Shown: positions 1 to 14,135 of the stretch, piece after piece | Layout: each line of letters begins with the position of its first letter | How positions within the stretch are numbered: position 1 is the stretch's first letter | Source of the DNA: Tubulanus polymorphus | Lineage: Eukaryota; Animalia; Nemertea | Direction: 5' to 3' | Length of the DNA: 64,000 bases | Assembly (NCBI RefSeq): GCF_964204645.1 | Contig: NC_134034.1 | Location: 9,312,962-9,376,961, forward strand | The notes under the pieces: generated by a model | The model's input: the letters and a program-made list of their open reading frames with translations, nothing else | Told to the model about the DNA's origin: nothing | The model's database searches: none | Translations under genes and position numbers: made by a program

Positions 1-1523
1 ACACAGAACCCGTTAAATAACACACAAGGTATCAATATATAAGCATTATTCTAACGGTTTTCACTGCGTCAAAAATGAATCAACTCAAGAATTTTCTAAG
101 GCCTACTGTCGTGCCATCTAGCGGCATGACTGGAATGTCATTTTTCGACATTTTGACTCGATGACTTCGTTGATTTGTTTAGGTTAAAGGTAACGTTTGA
201 TCTATATCTCGGATATACGTGTTTATATCATCAACCCGAACTAGAAGCGCGGATAATGACGTCACAGACACAAGAACGGCTATTAATCAAACTATTTACT
301 ACCGACAGCGACGGTTTCAGTCATCGTGCATTAAACCCATTGATTTATAAGTAACGAGTATTTTATTTGCTGGGAGGATTTTACGAGTACTTGTAGTAGT
401 CGCCTCTCTATTCCCGGCGCGTGTGTAGTGTATCAATACGTGCATTTAACCCGGAATATTTCATTCGAAATATCAAAAGCTGGGAGTTTCAGCATGACAT
501 TTAGTTACTGGATCGATCAACTGAAAATTCAGGCATCTGCCTATCATTCGACGGTTACATCGAAAAGAAGCAAGCCGTAGTTCGAGTCTAAAAAGTTAAA
601 AGCTTTAGAAATAGGCACAAATTCCTTCCTGCTCATGAATTTTCGAATAAGACGCCATTTTTTCTTCGGGTAATATGAAATGTTGCTCGGCAAATAGAAT
701 TTCAATATACAAATGGAAAATGTGTTTTGCAAAGAAGGCGACGGAGAAAAATCGCAGAATACAACATAAAACTCGGTCATTTTACATACGAGCAAAGCAG
801 AGAATTTGTATTTATTGAGCGACTCGTCTGCTGGGAAAATTTGATTTATGTTCTTAGAACTCATTTCGTCTGGTGCTAAAACACAAATTACGGCCGAAGA
901 GAGGGAGAGAGGGAGAGGAAGAGGGAGAGAGCGAGAATCAACGAATTATGCAAACAATTCCCGTATGGCGAATTTGAATTGTCCATAATTACCAGGAATA
1001 CTTACTTCGGTTTCTATTGACTCCTCCTAATGCTGGGGGTAAACAGTTTTCTGTGTTGATTTTATAGGCTTGGAAAAAAGACTTTTTTCTATTTTGGGAA
1101 ATATAACATTGTGTTGTTGAAACGGCAATAATTTTATGGCACTCTTAGTGGGTGTTATATTTGTTATGAATAAATAATGAATTAATTTACCGCCTAAAAT
1201 GTGTCTGATTTTTGTGTATCAATAAAAAGGGTGGTACATTATGAATACAGTGGAACCTCGATCCCATCAGAATATCTGGTCGTTTTAACCGATAATTCTT
1301 TATACACAGCGGAACCCTGTAAATAACGAGACCAGAAAATCAGCGCGTCATAACCCATAGTTCATTATATTCAGTATGAAATTATCGACATTTTGTTCCT
1401 ATTAGGGATCAAATTCGAGGTTTTTGATAATCGATAAATTGTTGTCGTTTTGTACATCTGCAAATTGGATACATACACTATCGCCGCGATAAGCCGCGTA
1501 TTTCAGCCGTGAATAATTTCAAT

Positions 1524-1661
1524 GTGTGAACGCTGAGTACCGTACTGAAATCATAGTGTGAACGCTGCGTACCGTACTGAGATCATAGTGTGAACGCTGA
1601 GTACCGTACTGAGATCATAGTGTGAACGCTGAGTACCGTACTGAAATCGTAGTGTGAACGC
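1524..1661. repeat. 32-bp minisatellite, ~4.3 copies (GTGTGAACGCTGAGTACCGTACTGARATCATA)
   Basis: Near-identical head-to-tail units read directly from the sequence. Confidence 0.9.
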
Positions 1662-4209
1662 AGCTATACATTTCTAAAAAATGTTGCTTCGCTTACAAGT
1701 GAAATCCTCGACTGCCACAATACGTTATTACTAATGCCCGCAACGTTAAATGACTACGACAGTTAATATATGATATTATTACTTAGAGTATATTTGTTAT
1801 TTTGAAAAGAAGGCTTCACTGGCATGTGAGTACATTGTTCGGCTGCTATCTCTCAGGACGTCTGCAAAGTTTGATAAGAAATCAATAATTTTGTGGCGTA
1901 CCGCAGACGACTTATGACGCGTAATTACTATAGTCAATCATTGAATATAATCCATGGATTTTGAGGATGAATTACTAATGATGAGAATAGCGCGCATTCT
2001 GAACACTGCGGAGAAAATCATCGAAATAACAGCCGCAATATAATCTTCATAAAACCCGAGACGTCAATCAAAAGTAGAAACGTGCGTAGAAATCTTGATG
2101 TCGATATTGTTTAAAAGGGTTGTTTCTCCACTCGAGTAGTTTCTCCACTCGAGTGATGAAATTTCAGGAGCCGTTTCAACCAGTAAACTGCTCGTTAGAG
2201 TAATGGCATTTTCATCGGGGGTCATCTTATCTTCTGGACGTGTATCACGGTGGACCGATTTAGAGACCATCATATATACACGTAATATGATATATTTATT
2301 CGCAATGTATATACGCAGTATATATAATAGATAATCACAAACAAGTTACAAGTTCCCACTCCCATTTCGCGTTCCCACTCCCAATCTCCCATTGGGCTCT
2401 GGTGTTGTGATATTCCCGATTAAAAGTGAAAATCCTAATTTCCATCCGGTATTCAGCGATGATGTGTTGGCCTGGATCTAAATCATTCTTTGATAAGTAC
2501 TACTGGTGTTTTGGCATTTCTTGGTATAGAAATGCCAATCGTAGCATTATTTCTGTGGTAGTGGCGGTAGGAGCACTAACACTGCAGGCCATCGCTGTCC
2601 GCATGGCAGTTGACGCTGGTTTAAGGGTAACATTGCACATTTCATGGTATTGGAAACCGTGATAGCGTGTATGTTCTGTGGTGTTGACAATACCAATGCT
2701 ATTTAAAACTGAAACAGTGTTCTGTGAAATGAGTCCCTGATCCGGTGGTATTCGAGCGCCGGTTATCGCCGGTTCGCATACAAATCACTTGACATCCTAT
2801 ATTTCACAGAAACCGCTTATCGTTTTCAGCGATCAGTAAAGAGAGGCGTCGAGTGGTTCGATTTTATAACCGAGATTATTCCGATCGATTCATGAAACAC
2901 CGCGCGTTTAATAGTTTAGTAAATGTTCGGTTCTCCATAGACAACATTACGCGTTCAATGCGCTCAATTTTCGTAACAATTTCCACTCCGTAAAAGCGCG
3001 CGATATTTGTTGTAAGAATACGCGATTGGTTGATACGATGCGATAGTAAGTTAGCTATAATCACCGTGGCTGGTTACATAATAGTCACAGCGTTAAAAGC
3101 TTTAGATATCGGGAAAAAACTATGAAAAATTGATGCGCGATTATTTTTGAAAACGAAATATGATTCGGACTGCAGTCCTTTTAGCCGAATAATCCTGGAA
3201 TGACATCAGGGTGTTTTAAGGGTTTGGAGTGACACACTCAGCCGATCAACAGTATGTCCCCTGGTCTCATACACAACTGTCGCCAGTTGTGTACTCAGGG
3301 TAGTCATAAATTGAAACCATAGAACCCGAGACATATAGGGTGAAAGGGGGGGGGGTTAGAGGTTATTCATTAAGGAATCCAAAATTGCCCGGAAATTCCT
3401 CTGTACTGCTGATGCGCACATGGAGACAGGTTGACGTTTAGGGGGTGTTTACGGTTACACGTATTTTGTTTATTTTCGGTAGTTTCGGAGAATGGCTTAC
3501 ATGTATAAATCAGCGTAAACGACATCAGACATTAGACATTCCACGTTTGACAAACGACTTCGATGTCGTGTTGCAGATTGCAACTAACACTTTAGCGTGT
3601 TGATTGCCTGCTGTATGGAACACTCTGTGCCGTGATTGATCGAGGGAGAGCCGCAATTTTTGGCCTGGTTTTTGCGGACTAGGTTCTCATTCAACCCTGG
3701 AAAATGGTAGAATATACCGTCGACCAGATATGTTCAGTGGCCTGATTGTAGGCGGTTTATCACTAGCAGAGCCGACCAATTTGTAGAACAATAAATACGA
3801 ACTTGAAAGTTCATTAACGGCTTGAACAGAAAAATCGATACATATATTTTGCCTTATATTATTGACAATGAAAATATAATGTAATATTGATGATCAATGA
3901 AGTTATGTTGAATTTAACAGAATTTAACTGGGGCGAACAGTCTAACCAAGTTAGCCCCAATATTGATGATTTAGTGCACATCGACTCACACAGATCCCCA
4001 TTGCGCATGTAGTTATCAACGTGTATATACATTATAAAGTAACGGTTTTTACGGCATCAAAAAGCTTAGATTATTAGATTTGACTTAATAATGAGTTAGG
4101 CCATGGGCTTATCTGGAGGGCTTACTTTTGAACCTGGTATTGATCTAACCAGTCTGAGTATTAATCCGGGTCCAGTCATGACCTCGATTCATTAGATATA
4201 TTCATGGAC

Positions 4210-5915
4210 AATAAAGAAGTTTCCAGTTTCTAGGCGCCATTTTGTGGCGGTCCCTCGAGGTCCCCATTGTTGCGATAATTTGCGCTCATTTTCAAAACAT
4301 AAGTTTAGATTGAATATCACATAGTTCTGCAGTCCCTTGCTCGATTAACTTAATCTATACACCATTTTAAAGGAAATGAAATGCAGATATTTGTTGGCGA
4401 TTCTTGGAATTTTTGAATGCAACAATTGAGAACAGTAACGATATGAAACCAAGGACCGCATATCTTAACCGCGCGTAAATGAAATCGCGATATTCATTAA
4501 TTTTGAAATATCTAAGTATATCTTGAAGCTATATTTCCAATTTTCATAGAGGTTAAAGAGGGTTATTTTCAGTTTAGGCCTGCTTTAAAATTTTTTGAAT
4601 ATCTTTCCTGAGGACTGATCTGTACCCGCTTGAGTTTGAGTTAAGAAATCGCAAAAATAAGATTTTATACTGGTTTTATATCATTAATATTGCTTCTTAT
4701 GGGTATATATTACCTTTATTTTCGTATGTTTAAAAATGGACTTAGAGTGCTTTGAGGAATTCGAGTTTTGTAGCGATGGGAAATTGAAAGATTTCTTGTA
4801 AGAGTGGGGACGTTCTGTGTTGGTTGCAAAGGTGGCCTAGTTGAGAGCCTAATTTGCTTTTCAACAGAATGTTCCACTCATGGATGGACACTAGAACAAA
4901 ATCTAAGTTTTTATATATTTTTGAATATGCGGCGCAGCTTTAAGTAGCCCAACTGGACGTTGAGCCCCTAAAACAGAATATCAAATGGGGGACAGGAACC
5001 CCTTTAAATATAATATTGATATTTTAAATCAGTAAGGTTATCTGGTCGATGTTTTCCAGCAAAAAGGTTGAGATTCAGTAAATTCATCGTATGATCCCAG
5101 GATGAGGGATTACCAGAGAGAGATATGTGTTGAAATATGTCCTAAGCGTTTAAATTGACTGGCACATTTCACGATGGACTCTAAAACGTTTTGGGCCCAT
5201 GATTTCACCGAACACAAAATCGGCGCTAGGCTGGACGGGCTGCATGGCGACAATTCCCCAACTGGGCCGTTCAAACTTCAAAGCGGGACAAACCGGATCC
5301 CGAAACCAGCTAAACGAATTGCCCCCGCCAAAATACAGTACAAACAAGATATAATAAGATTATAATCTCAAAATATCCCCACGGAAAAAGTGAAGAAATC
5401 AAATTGCATTTAAAGATTTCTTTTCGCAAATCTCAATGTTCAGTGAAATGGCGGTGCGCATTGGGAGACCCCTTTTGCGTGTAATCTCAAACTCAAGCGG
5501 GTACAGATCAGTCCTCAGGAAAGATATTCAAAAAGATTCAACGCAGGCTTAAACTGCAAATAACCCTCTTTAACCTCAGTGAAAATAGGAAATACAGCTT
5601 CAAGAGATACCTAGATATTTCAAAATCAATAAATATTGCGATTTCTTTTACGCGCGGTTAAGATATGCGGTCCTTGGTTTCACATCGTCACTGTTCTCAA
5701 TTGTTGCATTCAAAAATTCCAAGAATCGCCAACAAATATCTGCATTTCATTTCTTTTTTTTGGTGTATAGATTAATTTCGTCGAGCAAGGGACTGCAGAA
5801 CAACATGATATTCAATCAAAAGTTATGTTTTAAAAATGAGCGCAAATTATCGCAACAATAGGGACCTTGAGGGACCGCCTCAAAATGGCGCCTAGAAACC
5901 GGAAACTTCTTTATT
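4210..5915. mobile_element. Fold-back / non-autonomous DNA transposon with ~430-bp inverted arms (4210-4640 and 5486-5915)
   Basis: The left arm AATAAAGAAGTTTCCAGTTTCTAGGCGCC...CCCGCTTGAGTTTGAG is the reverse complement of the right arm, with scattered substitutions. The ~845-bp spacer is non-coding. No clear TSD. Confidence 0.75.
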
Positions 5916-6322
5916 AAGAAAACTTTGTCTAAAATCCTAGGACCCGCTATTTGCATTCATTCCAATCCACAATCGAACCTGCGGCCTCTAACTGCTATAT
6001 TAGCATAAACAGATCCACAACTACGACCTTGAAGATATTGACCTTCAGAATAGTGACCCGAAGACGTCTTTTCGCATTAGAATCAGACGACACGATTGCC
6101 GATCTATTTTTAGATGATAATTAACAGCGATGATGGCTGAATAAACGGAGTAATAGCTTCGTAATCTACGAACAGTTGAATAGTCGTTTGGTGCTAACAA
6201 GCGCTAAACCAGGACACAATAATACACATTATATATAACTATATATACAAAACTGATTGTCAATATCTGGAATCCCCCGCCATGACACACACTCGTGTGG
6301 GGTTTTTTGTCTTTAGTTTTAT

Positions 6323-6323
<1 letters not shown>

Positions 6324-6354
<31 letters not shown>
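6324..6354. repeat. (CT)n microsatellite
   Basis: Pure CT run read directly. Confidence 0.9.
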
Positions 6355-6356
<2 letters not shown>

Positions 6357-6821
6357 TTCTCGCTCTTCCAATCTTTATTGGGTTATCTCTCGAAAAATCT
6401 TAATTGGAATTTAGCAATTGGTGATAACACGAACAGGTTCGTAGTTAAACGTCACACGCATTCTAGTCTTAAGTCCGTGTGTTAATCTTTTTGGATTATT
6501 CTTTATCTTATGCGGTTTAAATTCGTCATTCTAGATCTATATTCATAATTATTTGCGAGAGGATGTGCACTACGCCGGCAACATATCGCGGCTAGACTCT
6601 TTTCCGGTCAATTCAATTAGTTTTTTTGTTTGATTTAGCTTTTAGGGTAAAACTCTTTAAGATTTCGTTCCATTACGTATGCAGCGATGGTCTTGGCTAC
6701 TAATGGTTTATGTTCGGGACACTTGGTTCACTGTCGTTCCCAGTAATTTATAGATTTTCACTAATCTCTTTCCTTTTTTATTCGTTTCAGGTAGAAATCT
6801 ACCCGTCCAAAACCGGTCGCA

Positions 6822-9800
6822 ATGACGACGCCACTCGTCATTCTCTCGCCGAACGACCTTGCGCTCGAGCAGCAGGAGAGGTCACAGCAGCAGGCTACTG
6901 TTGTCAATATTACCGAAGCCGAATGGAGTGTAGCGACCCAGATAGGTTTAGAAATGACTATGATATTCGCTTGGATTCTGGCGTTTTTCGGCAATCTTTT
7001 GGTCATCGCCGTCGTCGTTAGGCACGAAGGAATGCGAACTAGAACGAATATATTCATCGCTAATCTGGCGATAGCCGACTTTCTCGTCTCCGTATTAAAC
7101 ATGCCGTTCTCTTTCGTAACCGTGATCACCCGACGCTGGGTGTTCGGCAGCGTGATGTGTCAGATAAACGGATTCGCCATGTTGTTCTTTTTCTGCGTGT
7201 CCGTGCACACGTTGATGTACATCAGCGTGCACAAATACGTCACTATCACGCATCCGTTCAGCGAACGCCACAAAATGACGTACGCGAAAGTCGGCGTCAT
7301 GATCGCCGCTACGTACGTCATTTCCGGTATTTTATGCGTGCTGACGAATTTCGTGTTGAATCACGTGCTGTATAAACGTAATACGTCACAATGCGGTCCG
7401 GCGTATCCGAACAACCCTCAAACGTACGTCCACACCGCCATTATTTCGGCATTCACGTATATCATACCGTTGATTATTATGATCGTAGCCTATATTCGTA
7501 TTTTCATCGAAATCCGCGCCTACTCAAAACGTCTCACCGTTCACTCTAACATGGACCGCCATTGTATTCTAACTCGCCAAAAGAGGGCGACAGTGACGCT
7601 CGTAATCGTTATGTGCGTGTTTCTGCTTTGTTGGACGCCCTACTTCTTTTATGCAAATTATTCGACTGCTCTTGTGTCACGTGGTAAAAAGGTGCCGCCT
7701 TTTTTGAATCCGATCGTAAGTACCAATTAATCGAATCAGCCAATAGGAATCTCTCATTCAACATTATGTCCAAATTGGACCTAATTATTTGAATAATAGA
7801 AATCTCTCATTTGATATAAAATCCCACACAAGATTAAAGAAGTGTGAAATGTTTCCGTGAGCTAATAATTGATTCGACTATACCCTCAGAGCCATCTATA
7901 CTTCAGGAATGCTAAACTTTCGAGCACTTTTTTAATCTAAATGTGGGATTTTATATTCTTTTATATCCTTCGTTATTTTCTGGTTCAAATCAAATAAATA
8001 ATAAACTGAATTAGCCTCAATTGATGTATTGTCCAATCAGATTTGTCTGAATTTTCATTCCTCATAATTAACCGTCAGGTTTTTCTGTGTATAACATATT
8101 TCAGTGCTATTGGTTCGGTTACATAAACAGCGCGTGTAATCCTATTATTTATGGTTTAAGAAGTCCATCTTTTCGCGAAGGTTACAAACGAATATTCTGC
8201 TTCAGCAAGAAGATTGTTATCAGCACAGATGGTACGTGTGTTTATTTTTAAATCGTAGTTGATGCTGTGTGAGGATTAGTGCCTCAGTTTTGCGCGGATA
8301 AAAGATCTTACTCTAATTTCCGTTTCAATTAAATCCAAACTATTGAACTCGGTCCAGGGTGAAAGTAAGTACACAGCAATTGACTGAGGCCCAGGTTCAA
8401 ATCAAACCTAAGCAGCTTTTCTGGATCAGGAGTCAAATTAAACCCACACAACTGTGCTATGGAACTGAATCCAGAGTAAAAATAATCCAATAGAATTCTA
8501 AGGATCAGGCTAAAACCACATTGAATAGAGCACGTATACTCAGTCATGTAGTCAGTGGTAGTACTATACTTTACAAATCCTTTTTTTATCACCGATCTTA
8601 TATTTGATTTCTTTATTATGTAAATTTTATTCCTGGCGCAATTTGAGTTTGAATCGATTAATGCTTGATTTATGATTTATTGGGCAATGCTAGGATTTTC
8701 TGTACGGTTGAATTGACGACTCTCGTTCTATGCATTTAATCCCCTTATCGCTGATCGTTAATTACTTGTATCATGGTTCCTACAACCCCTAAAATTCCTA
8801 AAATACCCTAAAATTCTGGGATTCCCTTTTTTAGGGGAGAAATACCTGAAAATTCTGGCTTTGATCCCTCAGGCCCCTAAAATTCTGGAAATCATGTCTG
8901 TGAAGAAATCTTATGAACATTTTGTAATGTGATGCTATATGTAAAACATCATCATAGCAGGCTATTTATTATATTCCTTTGAATTGTGTCAAAGTTAGTA
9001 GCTCAATTCAGCTCATTGTTTTGGCTGGTCATTGTAGATAAAAATAAGTAAAGTGCAAGCACCCAAATACATATGGCCCATTGAATTGTAATGGCTGGTC
9101 AAGGTGATAGGGAGATTATCAATCACCTCCTGCTTATTGTTCTAGAGAGCACTAGTTAAATACTGGTCATATAAGCCATGTTCACCCTACCACTAGTTAG
9201 ACTGGTCTAAATGTACAAGGTCCAGTCAAAATCTGAGTGGCATTCACACACGCATTGCTACAAATTGTTGACTCGGCCCGCAAGATGTCGCCATATTAGT
9301 TCAGCATTTACCCTGAAATTCACAAGTTACAAGTTTCTCTCCAAACATAGATTTAGTCCACCCCAAAATTTGGAACGGACCTGATTTGCTCTTTAAGGTC
9401 AATCTAAAAAGGTGCGTTCAGACAACATTAACTAGACCGGTCTGAATTTGGTCCAAATGGGACCAGACACAATAGATAAGCACTCAGCTTGGATAATTGA
9501 CCCCTAAAATTTTGGTAAACATTCCCTAAAAAACCCTATAATTCTGGAAAGACCAATCTGTAGGAACCATGTGTATTACTGAAGCCCGATAACCCCGGTA
9601 GCATTCGGTTATCCATTCGGACGAGATATTCAGCTGATTCATCATCCGATGTTTATCATTTGTCTTTCGTGTCCACAAAAGCGAAATCAAGAAATCTTGT
9701 CGTGGATGCATTATTCTGGGACTCGAACCTGATCGCATCGTAATGTCGGTTACATCGACGTACTAACCTATGGCTTTCCGCGCGCATGATTCTTCCTAGA

Positions 9801-12045
9801 CCCAGCCCTTGTTCGAATGACTCGACAAAGTCTAGTTCTTGACGTCTCTGTTTGCCAACCAGTGCTGGAGATATGACGAAAATAACTACCCTGGCTGAAA
9901 TTAAAGATGCTATTCAAAACATTATTTTCATGTGTGTATATATTTTTGCAGCCTCGTCTATCAAACGGGATTCCTTGGTCGCCCTCTTGCGGCGTCTCAG
10001 TAAAGGTAGCCAGTTTAGACACTCAATATTTATCATTTATTCAGAGTTAACACGAAACTAAACTACATGTTATTTGCTTTTATAATATTTATGGTATTTC
10101 GCATATGATCGTTGCAGTTTTTCACTGATTCGTTCGGAGGTGTGGCTTTAAGGACTGGTAGTCCAGATCTTCGGTCGATGTTATACTACCAGTCGCTAAA
10201 ACCTACTCCTCCGTCATAGTAAACCGTTTCTTCGTCATAGTTATTCGCTTATACGTCCCAGCTTTCGTTAATTCTGATTTCTTCATTATAAATGTATAAA
10301 ACTCGAATCTTTGCTTGTGATGGGTTAGATGTCTCTAACACTTTGTCTTATATGTGCTGTGTTGAACATCTTGTTACCGACTTATTCTAAGCTTTTTGTG
10401 CTACATTTCCATGTAGCCACGAATTATCTAATTGTGACATAATTTCTAGTACCTTGAATAAATTAGCATGAGTGATTGTGATTCGTGATTCCGTGGTTTC
10501 CTATTTATATATTTCGAATACATTAGCATTAATTAGCGAACTGATTTCGATTATCTCATGCAATAGTAGAATTAAAAACCCACTATGTACAAAGTTTAAA
10601 ATCTATTATAATTTATAATTGATTATCGAAAATTTAAATAATACGACGTTTTAACCTTCCAACTAGAGCATCCTCGCGTGCCAGGGTTTGATTGCCTCCA
10701 GTCGAAGATCAGGCCAATACAAACCCCGGCCGCAGACCCTTCATTGGTCATTGGTTCACCGCCCAAGATTTCTTAGGCGGACACGTTGCTGCTTAGCGGT
10801 CACCAGTCTATAGACCTAGCCTATCGGATGCTATGTCTTTTATTTTGACATTCGTTTTATAACTACAACGCATCTAAATGGCTAGATCTATAGACTGGTG
10901 ACCGCTGAGCGGCAACCTGTTCGCCCAAGAAATCTTGGGCGATATTCCACCGGAGGGTATGATTTCAATCAAACCCTGGCAAGCGGGGATGAACTAGGAA
11001 CCACCGAGATTTTTCTATCATTCTCTATATTTCTGAATTTGTTCTCGTTGTAGATTCCGCAGTCGCTGGTGACAATAGCGTCATGAATCGATTAAGCGTG
11101 ATCGTGCAAGGCATGCAGAAAATCACCAAAAAAGACGCCGCTATCGCTAGTCTTATGATAGCCGGCGCCACGAATGAACGAGGGCGCAAACACGGTACGG
11201 TTGTGACCCCTACCGACTCGAGCAACATTGTGAACAAGATCGGCGACGATTTGCCGATAGTTTACACGAAAAACGGTAAAATCGTTAAAATTCAACATCG
11301 CAAAATATCGCGTAACGTCGCAAACAATCAACGACGGAGTAGTGAAGGCGATGCTGTCACCCCGCCGATAGAGGGCAGCACCGGTCGATCGCCAAACGCA
11401 GACGTCAGTCACTCGAAAGGTTTCAGTTACCCGGATCTAATGTGCGATCGCGTCGTGGAAGAGAAAGACGAGAATCTCGCGTTTAACGAGACTTCCACGA
11501 GTACACGACAGCTAATGCCGTCGAATACGATCGTGACCGTAGAATCGACGAATGTCGTCGCCAAAACGACGACTGTCGTCATGCGCAATAACGACTGGAA
11601 CGACCGGGAACGATCGCCAACCGGGCATCATCAGCAACTACGAAATAAGAAAAAATGTTTCCGTTCCGTCTCTGAAACGCGTTACGATCACAAACCGAGT
11701 GTGAAAAGGTTACCAAAAATTAGCGTGAACTTCTTAGACGCAGACATTGATCGAATCGACCGTTTGTGGCGCATCAGTGCACGCGAGCTGGAGGAAATAC
11801 GTTGTGATATGGATGATACGGGTGAATATTTAATGAATTCGTTCCCGTCTTTAGAACATTTAGACTGCAGCAATACGTCACGATTGTTGTTGATGAAATC
11901 GAGAAGCGATTCGTATCTGGAGGGCAGTTATCAAAATGGCAATGAAACGCCACCTGGCGCATGTGATAGAAAACACAACCGGCCGTCGAAATTGTCGGAT
12001 TGTTTGAAAGAAGCGGATACTACTAATAGTGTCATCTGTGTGTGA
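6822..12045 (+). CDS. Class A (rhodopsin-like) GPCR, ~670 aa; coding exons 6822-7715, 8105-8231, 11054-12045
   Basis: Motifs: TM1 GNxxV, TM2 NLAIAD, TM3 end SVHKY, TM6 CWTPYF. Exon 2 (TCAG|TGC...GATG|GTACGT) gives CYWFGYINSACNPIIYG (NPxxY). The phase-1 acceptor TTGTAG at 11053 puts ORF 11083-12045 in frame as the C-terminal tail. Confidence 0.9.
8772..9571. mobile_element. MITE with CATGGTTCCTACA...TGTAGGAACCATG TIRs and a 5-bp TSD (TGTAT), in GPCR intron 2
   Basis: 13-bp perfect TIRs; TGTAT at 8767-8771 and 9572-9576; subterminal CCCTAAAA repeats. Confidence 0.75.
9716..9777 (-). mobile_element. tRNA-derived SINE head fragment
   Basis: The minus strand has a B-box GGTTCGAGTCC with a weak A-box upstream; no complete cloverleaf. 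Confidence 0.35.
10669..10991. mobile_element. Palindromic MITE with a nested inner palindrome
   Basis: Outer arms CATCCTCGCGTGCCAGGGTTTGATTG / CAATCAAACCCTGGCAAGCGGGGATG. Inner arms CGCCCAAGATTTCTT...CTAGCC / GGCTAG...AAGAAATCTTGGGCG. The same end sequence recurs near 60630. Confidence 0.7.
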
Positions 12046-13181
12046 ACGGGGTTACGAAAAAAATCTTCGTAACGAATTTCCGCCTCCGAAATTCGACGGC
12101 TTCCTATTTCCCTGCAGCGAGAGGCAACTGCTTGAAGATATCGTACGCTATAAAATAACTTGATCAGCGAGACTGTTATGGACCCTTGGGAAAGGCTACA
12201 CTGAAAACAAGCATTTAAGCAGAAATAAAGATGAAATAAAGTTCTGTTATTATATTAATTCTCCTAATGTAAACCTTTAACTTTCTACTTAAATTCAACG
12301 CAGCAAATAATTCTTTTTTGTTCATATGAAATACAGACAATGTTGATATAGAAATTTCGTCGCATTTCTTTTCGCTTCTCTGTCTTCTCAAATTCCAGCT
12401 ACTGTTTCAATTTCGCAATCACAAAGTGTCAAATTGATCCAAAAGTGTAAATAACTAATTTACGACCCATTTTGGTGGATATTTTACTAAGAGACTAATG
12501 AAAACATATATTCTTTAGAGGCAGATTCAGACGACGTAGTCACGTGCTACGGATGCCAATTATTTCGCACCCTTTTTCATTTTGTTATCCTCAAAGTAAG
12601 AAAGGCACATGTCGGTGCCATATCAATCCTCTTAAAGACGAAGCAGATAATTTTTAACAAAAAAGCACACCATTCCTCGGGTTTTAATCTTTATTATCGC
12701 GAAACTGCCTCTCATTGCAGTAATTGTCTAGACAGCACTTGGCATCTGGACTTCATATATTGTTTACAATCTGCACCAAAAAGCAGTAAGAACATTTTCA
12801 AAATTTTCTCGGGAAGTTTTCTCAGTTATAAGTTGTGCTTCCCTCAACAGTGGTCCCTGGATCCCCCTTCATATCTTATGAAGCAATGAATCCAAGTGTT
12901 TCTTCTCTCTCCAGACGAATCGTTCGTTATTCTAAACAGCTCATCTAGAATTATTGTGTTAGATATCTAAGAATTGATTTTTCATTCGCCACCAACAATG
13001 AAATTGTGATGAAGGGTTGAAACTGCATTTCTAAACAACACTGATGAAGCACAGCTATCACCAATTAGATTAAACATTATCGATATTCATATCCATTCAG
13101 GCATCGTTTAACTTATATCATCTTTTTAAAATGTGAGGAGACTCGACATTCAGTTCATACTCAGTTATTTCTCATCAGATA

Positions 13182-14135
13182 ATGAATTCTACTCAGAATC
13201 AGATTGTTGGACGCCCTTATAACGGATACATGGTCCTTATGTCTTTGGCAAACAAGTCTGGTAGCAGCCGCACCGTGTTATTGGTCATTCTACTTATACT
13301 TTTCTTAATAGGAACTGTTGGAAATTCAGCTACTTTCCTGATAATGATAAGTCGTAGATTCCGCGGTTTATCTTACGCTAACTATCTGATCGTTTTGTCT
13401 CTCAGCGATTGTCTGTTTTGTCTTAATTCTACCCTGATGCCTGTTTTACAATTTGTTCTCGTGAGCCTAAACGCTGGTCCCATATTCATGATGAATTCAC
13501 TGATCGGTTGTCAAATGTACGAATCTCTGATATCCTTTATGGGCGCCAATAGTTCCTGGTTAATAGTAGCGATATCTCTAGAACGTGCGGCAGTTGTTCT
13601 CTTCCCGTTCACATCTCGTTTGATATGCACACCGAGATTTGCCCGATGCTCTATTATCATTATTTCCACGATGAATGCTTTAGTAATCGGCGTTCACCCG
13701 GCAGTAATAATGCATTTTTCCGACCAGAATTTCGAATGTTATTATGAAACATTTCGACAATACATATTTTTCATTACGTATGTTGTTCACGTCTTTATCA
13801 TACCTTTAACTGTGATCATCACCTCAAATTCTGCCATAGTATTTCAAATGTTAAGAGGTTCGGAAATGGTTTCGTCCGATAATAAAGCCACTAAAGCAAA
13901 ACGCACAACAATAATGCTTGTAACAGTTTCACTCGCATTTGCAACATTTACCCTTCCGGACACAATTGCTGTTTTTATACCTCTACCCGCCAAGCAAAGA
14001 GAAATCTTGTACGATATTTGCATTCAATTTCAAGTTTGTAACTATGTTGTAAATTTTTACATATATTTATTATTAGGACGAGAAGTTCGTGAATATTTCT
14101 GCTCAAAAATTTGCTGCAGAAATTCGGTGAAATAG
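13182..14135 (+). CDS. Single-coding-exon class A GPCR, FMRFamide/sex-peptide/GPR139-142-like peptide receptor type, 317 aa
   Basis: Seven hydrophobic segments. Motifs: TM1 GTVGN, TM2 YLIVLSLSD, TM3 SSWLIVAISLERA, TM6 FTLP, TM7 NYVVNFYIY (NFxxY variant typical of this clade). Confidence 0.88.
   Translation: MNSTQNQIVGRPYNGYMVLMSLANKSGSSRTVLLVILLILFLIGTVGNSATFLIMISRRFRGLSYANYLIVLSLSDCLFCLNSTLMPVLQFVLVSLNAGPIFMMNSLIGCQMYESLISFMGANSSWLIVAISLERAAVVLFPFTSRLICTPRFARCSIIIISTMNALVIGVHPAVIMHFSDQNFECYYETFRQYIFFITYVVHVFIIPLTVIITSNSAIVFQMLRGSEMVSSDNKATKAKRTTIMLVTVSLAFATFTLPDTIAVFIPLPAKQREILYDICIQFQVCNYVVNFYIYLLLGREVREYFCSKICCRNSVK

Noticed and set aside
544-6485. Short ORFs in the first 6.5 kb
   Set aside because: No recognisable domains or consistent exon chains; several overlap repeats or microsatellites.
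11083-12045. Stand-alone 320-aa gene
   Set aside because: It splices in frame onto the upstream GPCR through the acceptor at 11053.
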